Origin: Heptranchias perlo
Taxonomy: Eukaryota
Length of the DNA stretch: 64,000 nt
Reading direction: 5' to 3'
NCBI RefSeq assembly: GCF_035084215.1
Contig: NC_090365.1
Location: forward strand, 6,138,001 to 6,202,000
Shown: one piece after another, positions 62,332 through 64,000 of the stretch
How positions within the stretch are numbered: the stretch's first letter is position 1
Layout: each line of letters begins with the position of its first letter
Notes under the pieces: model-generated
What the model was told of the DNA's origin: nothing
Database searches by the model: none
Seen by the model: only the letters and a program-made list of their open reading frames with translations
Translations under genes and position numbers: made by a program

Positions 62332-63489
62332 CTGGAGGAAAACAAGAGATAAAAGCATGTTAAAATCTGCTCTCCTGGAATAAATTCTACAATCAACAAT
62401 GCAGAAAACATTTTCATTCTTTCACCCTCTTCCCCGAACAGCGTGCTAATATACAATGCCACCTACCCTCTATCATAAAGACATCAGAAACTCGAGAAAA
62501 CTTGGAACCAGATTACGATTATTGAGGGTGCTAGGTGACAAGCCAATTGCATCAAGATTGAAAAGAGAAAATATGAGGCACAGCAGGAAGCAGTGACTAG
62601 CTGCTTAGGTTTTAAAAGTCTGTAAATTATAAGAATGGAAGATTAGGGGAAATGATGAGTTCCACAGTTTGGAGCTCTTGGGAAAGAAAGAGCTAGAGTA
62701 GAAGACATTGCAACGAGTCTTGATTTCAACACATTGTGATGAAAGGAGGAGGCATTGCATGTACAATTAATACTATTCAGCCCGCTCCTTGAAAAGCATG
62801 GACAGTTTCCACAGTCTGTGGATCTCTCCTGCCTGCACTTACCCTAAAGCCTTCAATGGTTTTCAAAACCAAACTTAGAGGTCCTTTTTAAAAAGGAGCC
62901 AATCATCATAAAACTCAATCAATTGTGTTTCCTATCAATTGGCTAAAAATCCCATTTCAGTCCAAACATAATCCTCCAAGTGCCTGAATAACCTTGGTCT
63001 CTCTTTCTGCAAGCCCTCTGGAATGCACCAATGCTCTTTTGAGGGCAAGGCGGTTAAAACTACACAAAGTATCCCAAAATGCAATGTTATCAATAATTAA
63101 TAAAAGAAAAACCAGCCAGTGCCCTGGTCACTATCCAGTGATCCCCAGCATGGCTTGGCAATCCCCGTAATCGACTGCCCTCCCCAATACAGTCTAAGCA
63201 CCTACACGGAGAAGGTACGAGGTATCAGAGGGCAGCCAATGTCACGGAGCCATATGCAGTAGGAGTTAGAGACCTTGGGGGGAATTGGGGGAAAAAAAAA
63301 AGCTGCTGAAGTTTGTAATCCAAGTAGAACCAAAACTGAACAACCAAACTACTTCCAATTTTTGAGTTTCTACTTTTTGTTCTCCGATATGTTCGCAAAC
63401 TCATTTGAGTCCTGAAGAGGGCGAGGACTACCGTTTAACCCTCTTCGAACTTTCCCCTTGTTAAATTTTGCTTTTGGGTAAGAACTAAC

Positions 63490-63790
63490 CTTTCCCCATG
63501 ACTCTGGTGAACTGTCCAGGTATGTCACCTTCAGGTACAGGGGCTGCTGCTGACTCTCCATCACATGTTGAGACACTCTGGGACTGAAAGCCACCAGACG
63601 TCGATTCCTTTTCGGCAGCTGCTTTGGTTGTTCGGCTGTCTGTGCCTAGTCCGGCTGTAGTAGTGGAGGAGTCTGTGTTGTGGCCCTCTTTAGGGGTCAT
63701 TTGAGGTGGGGTGTAAGCTTTGATCGGGGTTATAATTATCTGCTGCAGCTCCTGAAGGGCATTTCGCAGGTTTCCTCCCTCAAGAATGTC
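63490..63790 (-). CDS. SAMD4B: SAMD4B (Smaug homolog 2) coding exon (301 nt); upstream exons beyond window
   Basis: DILEGGNLRNALQELQQIIITPIKAY...EGDIPGQFTRVMGK; the N-terminal part is SAMD4B-type; ttaatag / gttagt. Confidence 0.93.
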
Positions 63791-64000
63791 CTATTAAGAG
63801 AGTGAACGGTACAGCAAGTGCTCATGATTCTAATCACTAGGCGCCGTGCATTATACGCTGGAATGATTCTCACTCAGTTTTATCACCTTTTCGCACTCTT
63901 TGAATTCATCATATTAGTAATCTAACTTTGTGGGGGAAAAAATTAATATTTTTCCATGCAATCCATCCACATGACTTCCGTGAATGAGACAGAGACAGTT

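Overview
Eukaryotic (vertebrate) genomic DNA, most likely a shark or other cartilaginous fish judging by its CR1/L2 LINE, Deu-domain-like SINE and Penelope-type repeat content. Five spliced genes can be reconstructed by hand from GT-AG exons. (1) An ERH-family gene on - (exons 1-3; the last exon lies beyond the left edge). (2) An intron-containing, double-BED-finger hAT-transposase-derived gene on - (about 832 aa) whose catalytic Glu and CxxH His are substituted. (3) MRPS12 on +, head-to-head with the transposase-derived gene. (4) A SOCS4/5-family gene on - resembling fish socs9/socs5b. (5) The last seven coding exons of SAMD4B (Smaug2) on -, followed by a long region with no coding exon I could recognise that may be an extended 3' UTR. 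The gene set looks like the paralogous counterpart of the human chr14 SAMD4A-SOCS4-ERH block. Notable non-coding structure includes a perfect 95-bp-arm palindrome with a 12-bp TSD carrying a hammerhead-ribozyme-like core in each arm, a second hammerhead-like motif in a SAMD4B intron, a 92-bp intronic inverted repeat, minisatellites born inside SINEs, and G-rich sense-strand arrays just after first exons. Two N gaps are present (15195-15370, 19868-20295). All gene and repeat identifications are from recalled sequence knowledge, not database searches.
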